A stretch of DNA of 63,652 nucleotides, counting the filler, from Circinaria calcarea (taxonomy: Eukaryota): the NCBI GenBank assembly GCA_051942165.1. It is 32 parts of 32 records of this genome, joined end to end, with 100 filler letters (N's around TTAATTAATTAA, not from the genome) between each part and the next. Parts side by side here need not be neighbours in the genome. Positions count along the whole stretch, not along the records: positions 12,027 to 13,927 come from JAVECS010004111.1; positions 14,028 to 15,928 come from JAVECS010004112.1; positions 16,029 to 17,928 come from JAVECS010004113.1; positions 18,029 to 19,926 come from JAVECS010004114.1; positions 20,027 to 21,923 come from JAVECS010004115.1; positions 22,024 to 23,920 come from JAVECS010004116.1; positions 24,021 to 25,916 come from JAVECS010004117.1; 25 more parts are not named here. The stretch is one strand, 5' to 3'. A program made the translations under genes and the position numbers. Each line of letters opens with the position of its first letter. Position 1 is the first letter of the stretch. The notes beneath the pieces were generated by a model that made no database searches, was not told the DNA's origin, and worked only from the letters and a program-made list of their open reading frames with translations. Positions 12,027 through 24,208 of the stretch are shown one piece after another.

Positions 12027-12821
12027 AGAATAACATAAGGATTGAAGGTGTCTGGGACACGCGAATATAAGCAACCCGCCAAGGCTCGCTAACGCTAAAC
12101 CACGCTAGACCTAATCCGTCACCTTATCACCACGGTGTTGCACTCGTATGTTATAGCCATAACAATATATTTATTTTTTATTTTGTGACTCCTCCGATTG
12201 GCTAGAATTAAAGTTTTAGTAGTGCTCGAAATTTTTTATAACATGCACGGTCCATTCTGTCTGACGGACGGTTTAAGGGATAGCCAATTAATAGACCAAA
12301 AAAAATAAGTGGCGCTATATTAGTTATGGGTATAGCAAGGGGCATTTCAGTAAGATGCCAATTACATGGATAAAAACAGTCTAGCCGTGTAATTACATGG
12401 GTTAACAGGGGGCATTTTAGAAATTCGCCGATATTAAGCCTAAGGTATCGGTGCCGGCTTTCCGTACATAACAAAATCCATATAAAATTCTGCGAAACCC
12501 CTCAGATCTTGCCCTTATTTTGTGTTAATCACCACTCGTTTCTGTATCTCTTTAACCTACACCTTCGATTTCCTTCATCATTGCTACTTGTCTAAACTTC
12601 ACCTCGTTTTACAGAAGCAAGCCATGGTTACTGCGTCTACCTTTATTTCGTAGGCGATTCTGGATTCTACTTTTACTTCTGCTTTCGCTGGCCTGCGAGG
12701 AGAGTGCGTGGGGAGAAAGTGCGTGAAGCTTTAAGGGATATATTCTGCTGAGTGAGCTGTGATTAGGATTCGTGTTGTAGAAGGATTTCATATAGAACTG
12801 ATACGGTTTAGATCCTAGCAT
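12027..12821 (-). pseudogene. RIP-like decayed ORF of unknown family
   Basis: A single frame runs from 12821 through many TAA/TAG/TGA codons, each one C>T from Gln or Arg: ...KRVVINTK*GQDLRGFAEFYMDFVMYGKPAPIP*A*YRRI. A homologous segment lies at 14144-14186. Confidence 0.55.
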
Positions 12822-13002
12822 CGGACTTTGAAAAAAGGGGGAAGGTAGCGCAAGAATTGCCGCACGTCTAAGTCTTGTCTACTGTTTGAGAAAGTAAACA
12901 CCACATTGTCTATTCGTGCAGCTTGGTCACAAATCCTCAGTAGGCAACGGGACTTTACAGTCAATGGCAATTTGATGGCTGATCTCAAGGATAGCTTTCC
13001 AG

Positions 13003-13920
13003 ATGGTGTTCCCTTTTCTCAAACTTCCTCTTGAGCTGAGGAATATGGTGTACCGGGATATGTTTGTATGGCCATCTGAAATTACGCCTGACATTATGCA
13101 TATGTACCAGTGTCATAATCCCTCAGAAGTTGACCCAATATTTGGTTCTATCTCTTTACTGCTTGCGAATAAAACTGTCCATGAAGAAGTCGCAAACATT
13201 CTCTATGCTGAAAATAAGTTCTGGTTCGATGATGTACGCGATTGTTGCGGATATGATTACCAGGAATCAGCCCAAAGCGATGACAAACTTCACTATTGCG
13301 GCCTCGCCGAATTTAACCACTTCCTGCAGCTCATTGGCGCCAGAAACCGCATGCGAATCAAGTGGATTGGTCTTAGGTTTTCCAGTTGCCAGTATTTCTT
13401 CTACCCTGAGGAGGGTGCGCAACAAGCCCACGGTATGGAGGACCAAACCGAGAAAGCGTTCGGCGGTGACTTTTTAGGGAAAGCGTTAGATCTACTCTCT
13501 AAAGGTCATGCACTGCATACTTTGGAGATCACCATCAATAACACGGAAGAAGGCACCGACTTGATAGAGAAATTTCTCAGAGCAAACAAAATTCTGGAGC
13601 GGTTCCGAAAGATCACGGGGATTCAGGAACTCCGATTCTGGCCCGAAGAATACCACGATTATGAGTTCATTAAACTTTTGAAGCAAGAAATGGAGGCCGG
13701 ATCGCAAGCGAGTATTTCAACAGTACAATCCGCGATGCCTGATATTCGGAAAGCAGTAGCATCTCTAGCTACACTCCAGACGGAGCGTAATATGCTTTTA
13801 AAAGAGCGCCAAGAAATTCTCCGGCGCAACGCAGCCCTTGGGAGCCGGATTCAAGAGATCGAGGGCATCTTTCAGGAACTCGAAAGTCAGGCGGTGAAGG
13901 GTCAGGGTGGTGGGCGATAG
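13003..13920 (+). CDS. Hypothetical protein with N-terminal F-box-like motif
   Basis: FPFLKLPLELRNMVY, LLLANKTVHEEVANILYAENKFWF, FLQLIG and a C-terminal coiled coil. Complete 305-aa ORF. Confidence 0.75.
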   Translation: MVFPFLKLPLELRNMVYRDMFVWPSEITPDIMHMYQCHNPSEVDPIFGSISLLLANKTVHEEVANILYAENKFWFDDVRDCCGYDYQESAQSDDKLHYCGLAEFNHFLQLIGARNRMRIKWIGLRFSSCQYFFYPEEGAQQAHGMEDQTEKAFGGDFLGKALDLLSKGHALHTLEITINNTEEGTDLIEKFLRANKILERFRKITGIQELRFWPEEYHDYEFIKLLKQEMEAGSQASISTVQSAMPDIRKAVASLATLQTERNMLLKERQEILRRNAALGSRIQEIEGIFQELESQAVKGQGGGR

Positions 13921-15233
13921 TGACAGCNNNNNNNNNNNNNNNNNNNNNNNNNNNNNNNNNNNNNNNNNNNNTTAATTAATTAANNNNNNNNNNNNNNNNN
14001 NNNNNNNNNNNNNNNNNNNNNNNNNNNACGTAGCTCTAATGTTATTAACAACTAAGTTATGTTATACTAGTGGGATAACTTCTGACCAATACTAAAGCGT
14101 AGATTTTAAACCAGTATAATATGCCTGTTACCTAGATCTTTCTATATCAGGCTTAAGGTGTCGGTGCCGGCCTTCCGTATATAACACACCTCTTATAGAG
14201 TTTTACTAAACCTCCCAAATGTCCGCAACAATCTGTGTAGGGGTAGCGGGCACTAATCATTAGACTGCCACGCCTACAGGGCATTACGTCTTCAATAAAA
14301 TGCAAGGTATAATTAGAATATATGTGTGGATAACTGCTACTGAAGTACTATATTAATGCTGTGAAATACTTTGTAAGTGTGATGTGTGTATAAAGTGCCA
14401 TGTACATGTGAGGATACTCGGGGGATAGCTGAGATATAAAGCGAAAGGCGCGTTTAAATTCCCCGTTTCCCGGCTATTTTCTCCGTGTGCTCCAATTATA
14501 ATATTCGCCTGTTTTCGGCCATTTCGGCAAAGCCGGTTTTGTTAAAGGTTCAGCAGAGAATGACTTAAGCAATGCATTGAGACGGTATTGGAAGTGTACG
14601 CAATAGTCGATATATTGTGTAACCTTATGTGTAAGTTGTTTGGTTCGCAAAATGCGAAGCCAAGGGGAAAACTCTGCAGCTCACGCTAGTATTAATATGG
14701 GTAATACAGAAGTTCTGTATAGCATACGGTATGCTTGGCTCTCTATTTAACAAAAAGGGAAATATCCCTTTTTCGGGGGGTTTTTTTCGAACCCAGGGCG
14801 GGGACGGGGATAATAGTAAAGTGATAGTAGATAAATTGGAGGATTTAAAATCTTCCCCTTGGGCGGGGGCTGGAATTTATGAACGAGTTTGTTTGGTAAA
14901 GGGTTACAAAAAGGTCCGTCCTACTCTATTTTTGCGTTTTCGAAGGGGTGGGGCGGAGGTAGTTTTTCGGCTTGGAGGTGTTAGGTAGTGTTTTGTTGTT
15001 GCTGGTGCGAGATATCTTTTGCTTTCTTTGGTTTTGGGAGAAGAAAATACGGTGGAACGGTTAGTTGGTAGAGGCAAGAGGGAAGAGGCGAAAAGTAAGA
15101 AAGAGGACCTGATGGTTTTTTGGAATGTGGGTGGGATCCCGCTATATACGATCATAGACATTTGATCGATACTCTATTTCCCCGAGGTACTCCTTCCCTC
15201 AGGTCCCAAGCTGTCATAGCCAGGGGGAAAAAA

Positions 15234-15928
15234 ATGTCTCAACAGACCGCCACCGAACCCTCGACTCGCCTCGTGCACATCCCATCCGGCACCACCTCGC
15301 CCTACCCCCTCGGCGACATGCCCCCATACATGGCAATCTCCCACACCTGGGCCGACCGGCTCTTCGCCCCTGGCATGCAGTTCCCAGAGACCCGCGGGAG
15401 ACGAGCAACCGCGTGCTTAGCGGACACGGAATACCACAGTATCCGCTACTGCTGGATCGACACCCTCTGCATCGACCAGTCCGACCCAGCGGACAAACAG
15501 CGGCAGATTCCGCTCATGGGGGATATCTACGGGAACGCGGCCGTGGTCGTCATACTGACCCTCGAGCCTTTTGGGATCTCGCAAGCGGAGATTGACGCCG
15601 TGACGGAAGATGTGCGGGGCGCGGTGGAGATGTCGGTCCACGGTTCCTGGATGGAGCATGGCAAACTGTGGACGTCGTCGGAGAAGCACCGTCGGCGGCT
15701 GGTGAGAGCGATGGATGGCCTCGAGGTGTTTACGCGGCCGATGTGGGGCTCGAGGGTCTGGACGATGCATGAATTCATTCTGGCCCGGAGGACCATGTGG
15801 GTGGGGGGGGGATCTGCAGGCCTTGAGGGTAGAGGAGCAGTTGTTCCAAGCGATCCCGGATGTGTGCGATTACTTGTCGATTGAGGAGTGCATTGGTGGG
15901 AAGTACAGTAAGCTGTACAGCCACTTCC
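15234..15928 (+). CDS. HET (heterokaryon incompatibility) domain protein, 5' part
   Basis: YMAISHTW, CWIDTLCIDQ, QIPLMGDIYGNA, WGSRVWTMHE. Apparent frameshift in the G9 run at 15803-15811. Confidence 0.9.
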
Positions 15929-16246
15929 NNNNNNNNNNNNNNNNNNNNNNNNNNNNNNNNNNNNNNNNNNNNTTAATTAATTAANNNNNNNNNNNNNNNN
16001 NNNNNNNNNNNNNNNNNNNNNNNNNNNNCATTGATTGATAGGTCTAGGTTGTTATCTCTATGTACATTTCAGGGGTTGTAAAAGGCAGGACTTTTTTGCA
16101 CCCGGCGCAAGGGCCGCGGTTTTCATCATCTTGCCTAGAGTTAGTCGTCGTGCGGTCGGCGGAAAGTCTGCAAGTAAGACGCCGAGAATCCAAACTCTTT
16201 GGATCTAGAAGTTGGGATGAGGGATCAAAAACCTCGGTTGTTCGAA

Positions 16247-17928
16247 CTACGAGCGGTTGGAAAATGCGAGATGGCAGTCATCCTGAGAAGCTGTTAGCCG
16301 CGATACTGTTGTTTGAGTTTTATAGACCAGCTTACCTGAGGAAAGATGGTTGCAAAGACCTTAATGTCCTCGGAAAGTGGAGTAACTTGGTGTTTCCAAT
16401 CCAGATGCATACTAGCCTTGCCAATCATCGCCATGAGGTTCAGTTGCGCATAAGTCTGCCCGAGGCAGTAATGTGGCCCAGTACCGAAGACAAGCCAGTT
16501 TTTTGTCATCTTCTCGGCATCTCCAGTAATCCAACGATCGGGATCAAACGAATCAGGGTTTGGATAGGCCACCGGGTCGTGGAGGGCGGGATATACCGAA
16601 GGCACTATCATCGATCCTTTGGGAGCAGTAAAAGTGTCCGACACGGGGAAATCTTTCTTAACAAGGTAGGGAACCATAATGACTGGTGGTCTGTAGCGAA
16701 GAGTCTCTTTGACGACCGCGCGAGTAAAGGTCATCTTCTCCAGCATATCCATGCTGAATCGAACATCCCGATCGCCATTCCGGACATTCAAATTCTCTTC
16801 ACGTACCTTATCGAGGAGTTCGGGACGGTCGGCCATCAGTTGAAAGAGCCAAGTCGATGCACTACTAGTGGCATCCTGTGACGCGAAGAGGAAGGTAAAC
16901 AATGTCATTGAGATCTCGAAATCAGAAAATCCGCGGAGCACCTGTGTAGGTTTTTCAGATTGATCAACTGCAGTTCCCTTTGCCATCTTTTGTCTATACT
17001 TCTCCGAATCTTGCATTTGCTTAACCCAGCCGTCCATTATGCATGTGATGTCGCCGCCAGCGGCCATCCTGACCTTACTTTTCGCGGCGCATTGAGAAAA
17101 CTCATCTAATACCATATCGGCAGCCTTCTTGCCGTACCAGGATTTGGTGAACGGAAGAATAATGGGAAAGTTAACGAGCTCTAGGGCAGCAGTGATGTTA
17201 TAGTAGTCATCGGCGATTTTCTTCACCGCAGCATCTGACATGTAATGACCCACGAAAGTGCGACATGACACAGCACACATCAGCTCACGGAACTGTGGCA
17301 TAAAGGGCATCGGCTTCCCGCCGTTTTCATTTTGCGAAATTTCCACAAACTTGGTGAAATACTTGTCATAGACTTCTTCCTGGCCGGGCAAATATGATTC
17401 TAGAGCTTGGCGGGTGAAGAGGCCATTGAGTCCCTTCCGATAGTCCACATGTGCCTTGCCGTCTAGAAAGACCCAGTTATTCGGTCGGAGAAGCTTATGG
17501 GCAGCATCCACTACACATGGTTTGACATATGTGGGAGAATTGAAAACCTTTCGCGCCATGTCCCGCGATGAAGCAATGACAACAAACCTAGAAAGCCTCC
17601 GTAAGCCAATTGCCCAGTAGGTAAATCTTTCCGGACAATGCGACATACTTGTGGAATACTGAGACACAACTCAGGTCCCCCGACGCCCATTTCGCCTTGT
17701 ACTTTTCCATCTTGGGGAAGACGGAGTCGAGGAAAGGCCCGATGAATGGAGTCTTCAACTTCGGTCCGGCAATGGAACCTTTCTGCCAAAGGTAACTGAC
17801 TGGAGGATAGGTCAGATCTGTGTTCTGCAGCAGAACGGCACCCCAATAGTCTCGAGCTCACTCTGGTCGTATGCGACAAGCATAAGTAAGAATGTCAACA
17901 CCATGCTCCACCCATTCATGCCATTGTA
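16247..17928 (-). CDS. ERG5: Cytochrome P450 61, C-22 sterol desaturase (5' end missing)
   Basis: NWVFLDGKAH, FLFASQDATS, ETLRYRPP, heme motif FGTGPHYCLG, IKVFATIFP. Last exon DDCHLAFSNRS* ends at 16247. Confidence 0.97.
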
Positions 17929-18028
17929 NNNNNNNNNNNNNNNNNNNNNNNNNNNNNNNNNNNNNNNNNNNNTTAATTAATTAANNNNNNNNNNNNNNNN
18001 NNNNNNNNNNNNNNNNNNNNNNNNNNNN

Positions 18029-19306
18029 ATATGGGCTCCCTTGTCCGAACTAAAAGGACGGAAATTACCCCTAGTGCTGGGCATGTTTGGGTTTTCCATC
18101 TTCCAATTGGGAGTCGCAACTGGAAAAGATTTACAAACGGTACTTTTGTGCCGATTCTTCGGGGGACTCTTTGGTGCTAGTCCCCTTGCTATCGTCGCGG
18201 CTGTTTTCTCGGACATGTTTGATAACAAGACTCGAGGTCTCGCAATCACGGTGTTCTCTATGACGGTCTTCTCGGGTCCCTTGCTCGCTCCTTTTATCGG
18301 TGGCTTCATTATAGACAGCTACCTAGGCTGGCGATGGACCGAATATCTGGTCGCAATCATGGGCTTTGTGTCCTTTGGTCTGGATCTCCTCTTTCTTGAA
18401 GAAACATACCCGCCCGTTGTACTCATCCAAAAAGCGTCCGAACTCCGCCGCAGAACGCTCAACTGGGGTATCCATGCCAAGCAGGAAGAAATTGAGGTTG
18501 ACTTTCGCGAATTACTCTCGAAGAACTTTAGCCGTCCCTTGCGCATCCTCTTTACCGAACCGATCGTTCTCCTCCTGAGTATTTACATGTCCTTTATCTA
18601 CGGACTCCTCTACTTGTTCCTGACGGCTTATCCGATTGTGTTTCAGCAAATTCACGGCTTTAGCCCTGGTATTGGTGGTTTACCATACTTTGGTATGATT
18701 ATTGGAGAGCTTATTGCAGGTTTGGCTATCGCTTTTACGCAGCCTGCATACAATAGGAAGCTTGAAGCGAACAATAATATTCCCATCCCGGAGTGGCGAC
18801 TTCCGTTTGTTATTTATGGTGGCATCTCATTCGCCGGCGGATTGTTCTGGTTCGGCTGGTCAGGTTATAGAGCAGATGTTCACTGGATTGTACCTACGCT
18901 TTCCGGTATACTAACCGGGTTTGGGCTACTTGCCATCTTTCTCCAAGCTCTCAACTATATTGTTGATGCTTATCTCTTATTGTGAGTTGTGATCTTTTCT
19001 ACCTCCGCATCCTTTTCACAATACAAGGTTACTAACAGCTAGTCTGACAGTGCCGCGTCCGCTATTGCCGCAAATACCTTTCTACGATCCCTTGCCGGTG
19101 CAGGCTTTCCTCTCTTTTCCCAGTACATGTTTAATGCTCTTGGTGTCAACTGGGCAGGTACACTACTTGGCTGTGTCGCGGTTGTACTCGTTCCTATACC
19201 GATAATTTTCTACAAATATGGTGCCAGGATTAGGACGAAAAGTAAATTTGCGCCAACACCTCCTAAACCAGCGGCCGCCGAGAATGTTAGTAGCAATGAA
19301 TACTGA
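18029..19306 (+). CDS. MFS multidrug transporter (DHA1 family), 5'-truncated
   Basis: WAPLSELKGRK, WRWTEY, LEETY, FTEPIV, PEWRLP. Intron 18983-19050, then AASAIAANTFLRS to TGA at 19306. Confidence 0.93.
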
Positions 19307-20026
19307 AATATCATCTTATCTACTGCCTTGTTCTCGTTTAAGAAAGTTCAGCTGTCTTTGGTATGAAGGAATTCTGTCATTCCGTAGACATCAAAATCCG
19401 AAAAGTGAAAATAAAGGTCTGGCGGGATCTTGGTCTTCTAGAACGGAGTCCCGGTTGGTTATGAAATGCATGCAGGGTCATATCTCGCAGCCAAAGCCCT
19501 CTCAAAAGCACGGTTATTTCCCTGTACATAATATCCCACCCACCAGATACCGCCTTTCAACGAGTCATCCCCATCTAAGTTTTTTCCACAACTTCCACAC
19601 CTGATCACTATGCAGTCCCTCACCTTTGACGCCTGCCGCATCTCAAGTGTCTCCAACAGCGAAGCATTAATCCCGTAGCCCGGTACCCTTATCTAAATCT
19701 TCTCAATCCCCTACGTCCGACGTCCGACGTCCGGTGTACCCAAGGGGGCTGGCTATCGGTATCAGTAGTCCTGACTGTCACGGAGACCCGTTTCCAAAGA
19801 TCTATATGCATTTATTCCAGTTAAGATAAATAAGTAGAGGATTGGTTAGTTCGTTCGTGCTGGACTACTATGTATGGTACCTAGCCAGCCCTACCATACC
19901 ATAAGTGTATGGTACCGCTTCTGTTTNNNNNNNNNNNNNNNNNNNNNNNNNNNNNNNNNNNNNNNNNNNNTTAATTAATTAANNNNNNNNNNNNNNNNNN
20001 NNNNNNNNNNNNNNNNNNNNNNNNNN

Positions 20027-20245
20027 AATGCATTTCAACACAGCCATTTGAACCCTTCGTCGCCGTCCCGATTAGATACCTCTGCTGCACCAACCCCACC
20101 TCTTCTCACCGAAGACACACAATCGCCTCAAACCAGCTCGTTGCCGAGCACCAATACTAGTACCGTTGATGGTCCAACTGTTGATCGGAAACCTACTGCG
20201 GGTATAGCCGTTGAGATTGCTACTACAACCTCAACTCAGATCTAA
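20027..20245 (+). CDS. Possible Ser/Thr/Pro-rich C-terminal gene fragment
   Basis: Open frame from the contig start to TAA at 20245. No recognisable domain. Confidence 0.3.
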   Translation, partial: NAFQHSHLNPSSPSRLDTSAAPTPPLLTEDTQSPQTSSLPSTNTSTVDGPTVDRKPTAGIAVEIATTTSTQI

Positions 20246-21441
20246 TTAGGTCCGCCATTGTCGAACCCAAATCTATGTTCCCCATCTACTATCATCATCT
20301 TTATTTACAGGTGTACACGCACACCCTTTCTACATCATACTTCGGCCTACCTTCCTACAATATTCCCTGTCGTTCAGGACATGTCAATGAATAAAGATGG
20401 AACAACAGGTGCACAAAAAGTTCTCCTTGCCGAGCTTGAACGCTTGAGCCATTTTCTCCTCTTGGGGGGCATGCATACTTATGGCTTTTGTAATGGCTGT
20501 TTTTTTTACTTTCGATATGACGTGTTTGTTCTCTCCTTTCCAATAGATACCACTACATGAGCTTTCCCACACCATCCTTCCGGTTTGGATTTCGCTAGGG
20601 ATGGAGGATATGCTAAGGGCGTTGCGCTATGTCAGTTCTGTAACGAAAGGCGCTAGGAATTCATGTGAAGAGCACGGTAAATTTCGGACACTATGTGGGG
20701 ATATGTGCAGGTGGCCGCACGATATCCGCAGCTAGGCGACAATAGCGGAGCAGAAGGCGAAGGATGAGATATCTAGGCTCGGGCTTTCCGCGGTAGGATA
20801 CGACGGGCACAGCGAAGAGGGGAAATGGGAATCCTGTGCTATTGAATGGAATGATAATAGGAGCAGACGTCGGGCTTTTTTGTTGATGATACCAATGATT
20901 TTTCTCAGCGATCGAAGGGACTCCCATCCACAAGTGGTGTTAGATAGCTGAGGTATATAGCGAACAGATTGACCTCTCTCTCGAAGAAAGGGGGGTTTTG
21001 GCGGAGGTGGAATGGATAAATTTGTTGGAAGCTTCCACACTCGTCTTTTTTGCCGCCCCGGCCCCTTTGAATATACTCGGATCCCAAAGACTCCGACTTC
21101 CCCCTGTCGACTGTGTAGATTCCCGCGTTCCACAAACTTTTTCCCGTCAGAGAGTGATGAAGAATAACTTTCTTTCTTTCTTTCCTTCCTGGTTCAGTCA
21201 CGTTGTATTACGTTGTTGCGCCTCTGAGCATTTGATTTTGGGGGGGGGGGGGGATTTGAAACAAGATCGTGCAGGGTTAAGCTCACATGCAGCGGGACTT
21301 TACCACTAATTAGGCGCTAGGTCAGGTGCCTGATCCCGCTCCTTTCACAGCAGCCAGCTTCCACCCTGATTACAACTGACTTATCATTGTTTTAATCTTT
21401 CACCTTGCGTATGAAACCTCTATCTCAAGCATTCGGATGCG

Positions 21442-21900
21442 ATGGATCCTCTGTCCACCTCCGTCGCCTTCATCGGCTTCACTGCCAGCTTGACTACGCT
21501 CGCGGCTTTAGTGATCGACAGCTCTAAGATCCTGTACAATGTCCGAAGCAAGTTGAAGGACGCACCGGAAGATATCAGGCGCCTTTATAGGCAGCTGAAG
21601 GAGTTTGAATGTCTCCTTTCCGAAGTCCAAGAGCGAATACGGGATTATCCCTCCGAACATGCCGCATTGGGCATGGGAACGCTATTCACGTCGGCCATAC
21701 ACTATATGCATCAAGATTTGGGCGATTTTGAGTCCTCGATGCTGAAATTGAAGGATTTGTTATTGGCCCCCGCTTCTCGGAGAAAATATCTCGCATTACG
21801 CATCCGTTATGTTCTTCAAGAGGATAGGGTTCAACGGTATCAATACCTGATCTCATCTCATGTAGGAACCCTTACATTTCTTGTGGGCATATTGACCAGG
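21442..21900 (+). CDS. Fungal STAND/NLR-type N-terminal (Helo-like/SesA-like) domain protein, first exon
   Basis: MDPLS...KLKDAPEDIRRLYRQLKEFECLL is the typical N-terminal helical pattern. The exon ends at a GTAAGT donor; downstream domains are not on the contig. Confidence 0.7.
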
Positions 21901-22044
21901 TAAGTGAGCGAAATGATGCCGTANNNNNNNNNNNNNNNNNNNNNNNNNNNNNNNNNNNNNNNNNNNNTTAATTAATTAANNNNNNNNNNNNNNNNNNNNN
22001 NNNNNNNNNNNNNNNNNNNNNNNCAGAGCCAATTTGCATGCTCA

Positions 22045-23920
22045 TTACAAGGTCCCTCTCCCCCAAGGCTCCGTCTTCAGTCCCTTCGACCTTGTATTCC
22101 GGGCCACCAAAGCCGTGCTTCTCTCTCCTCCCCAAGTCTCAAATTTCGGAGTCGAAAGCCCCGAACGAGGTTCTTGGCCAAGCCCCAAGGAGAGTCCGGA
22201 CAAAGAACTCGAAGGGACCAGACTTTCGCGCTTTGCTTTGCTGGATTTGCTGCGGGTAACACGTGGTGGTTCGATTAGCTCGCCCCAAGGTTTTATTCGT
22301 ATTTCGTTGTCCGATACGCGAACTTTGGATTTCGAATATGCATCCGGGAGGCCGTATTTGTCTAGCGAAATCATGTGTGTTGAGCTCCCTTTGGGAAAGC
22401 CGGGATCCGCATAGGTCTCGTCTGCATAAGTCTGGTCTTCGGCATGAGTCTCTTGCTCGGTTGGGAGAGGAATCTCAGGGTCAGTGGGTGCTGGTACTGG
22501 TACCTTCATCTCCTGCGCAAAAGTTACAGTCTCTTGAAATATCATGAAGCCAAGAAGCCACATGGGAACCATGCCCAAGGTAGCTTCGTAGTCAATCTTC
22601 GACGATTTGACAATACTTCCGAGGTATATCGCCAATGCGAGCTCAAGCACGAATATCATGATGTCGCTGAATCTCCAAACCTCCTTTTCCACCTGGAAAG
22701 CTTCGAGTAACCCTCGACCCGCCACAGCAGTGGCAATGCCCAAAGCAACAAGCCGTAGGTGTTGGGCATACTCCGGATGAGTTGAGGCAAATGACCATGC
22801 CAGACAGGCAGAACCGAGTAAAGTAATACTGGTAGCTCGCTGCAAGGGCGTCCGAGAAGGGCTGGGCCTCCTTTGAAGTGAGAGCACATTGTTCTGGAGT
22901 TCTCGTGCAGCACGCACTTCAGGTGGCTCATCCTTGAGCGAAAATGCGGCGGTGAAAAGCGATTCTAAACCAGTGTCCGCACGATGGTCTGATTGCAGGA
23001 AGAATCGTGGTTGAGCCATGTCAAAGCGCCCAGGCGTTGAAAAGTTAGAAGGTGCTGCTGGATCGTTATCTTCGTTTCCAGACTGATCATCGTCGTTCTT
23101 CTTAGGCGATCGATTCGCCATACGATTGAAGAAATTTTGCTGTTGATTCGACGATGCCTTGTGAAACGTGGGTTGATTCTGAGGATTGCGAAGCTGATGT
23201 GCTTGACTGATCGGCGCTGGTGGTAGACACCCATGAAAAGGTGAAGGCTGCACTTGGGCCGGCATAGGCTTGAGTATATTTGTTTTTGGTTGTACAGGAT
23301 GGAATGTTGATTTCTGAGACGGTGTCCAGTCCATAGCATCGTTTTCAAAGTCATCAGGCGGAGGTGTTGGGGATTGATAAGGTCGGTTATAAGGACGTTG
23401 TGGAGTTGGTGCAAGGATACTGACTGGAAACGGCTGTAGACGATTTTGTGACAGAGGGTCAAAAGAGCTGACATTCGGCTGTGAAGGGGAGCGCTGGACC
23501 TGACCAGACGTAGAGGGAGCTGTGCGGGTTTTCTCTCTGATTAGTGGCTCCTTGTTATCCTGGAATATGACGAGAGGGGTATTGTCCATTTGCACAGCTC
23601 GGTAGGAGACTCTGGACATCTATGAACAGTCCAATAAGCCTTGTCCGATCAACATTAAACTCGGACCTTACCACGAGGGCAAACACAACCATAAATGCGT
23701 GTATAGCCTTTAAAGACTGATGGCTGAGTTGAGAGCCAGTACTGTCCTGTAAAGTGTATATGACCACCAATCTTGTTCCCAGGAGGAGCCCATGAAGTTT
23801 GTAATACTCGCTCAGGCCAACCATTCTTCCTCCTCGACCCTGAATTTTCATCCAAAGGCACGGATTCCACCAAAAGGAGAGGATACTGATTGCAAGTGCC
23901 CAATTCGCAATAGGCTGGAT
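22045..23920 (-). CDS. Probable Ima1-like inner nuclear membrane protein, C-terminal part
   Basis: 524-aa exon with DAMDWTPS, SPFHGCLPPAP, QPRFF and DTGLESLF followed by four TM helices, an architecture I recall from Pezizomycotina Ima1 homologues. The diagnostic N-terminal zinc domain is absent. Confidence 0.6.
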
Positions 23921-24208
23921 NNNNNNNNNNNNNNNNNNNNNNNNNNNNNNNNNNNNNNNNNNNNTTAATTAATTAANNNNNNNNNNNNNNNNNNNNNNNN
24001 NNNNNNNNNNNNNNNNNNNNGCGGTCGAACCATCCACCGAACGCACACATAGCAGAGGTTTTCTGCTATGCAGTTCCATAGTGAAGTCCACACACATAGA
24101 CTGGTAGTTACCATAGCCAATACAGCCTATTCCACCCTGTATTACCTCCATTATTTCACAGAAACTTTATAAGGTCAACATCAAGAAAAGACGGTAACCT
24201 TCAAAACA

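Noticed and set aside
16060..16881. Long plus-strand ORF (273 aa); likewise 38189-39067 and 52194-52994
   Set aside because: These are antisense shadows of ERG5, the NADH dehydrogenase and NNR2, with no independent motifs.
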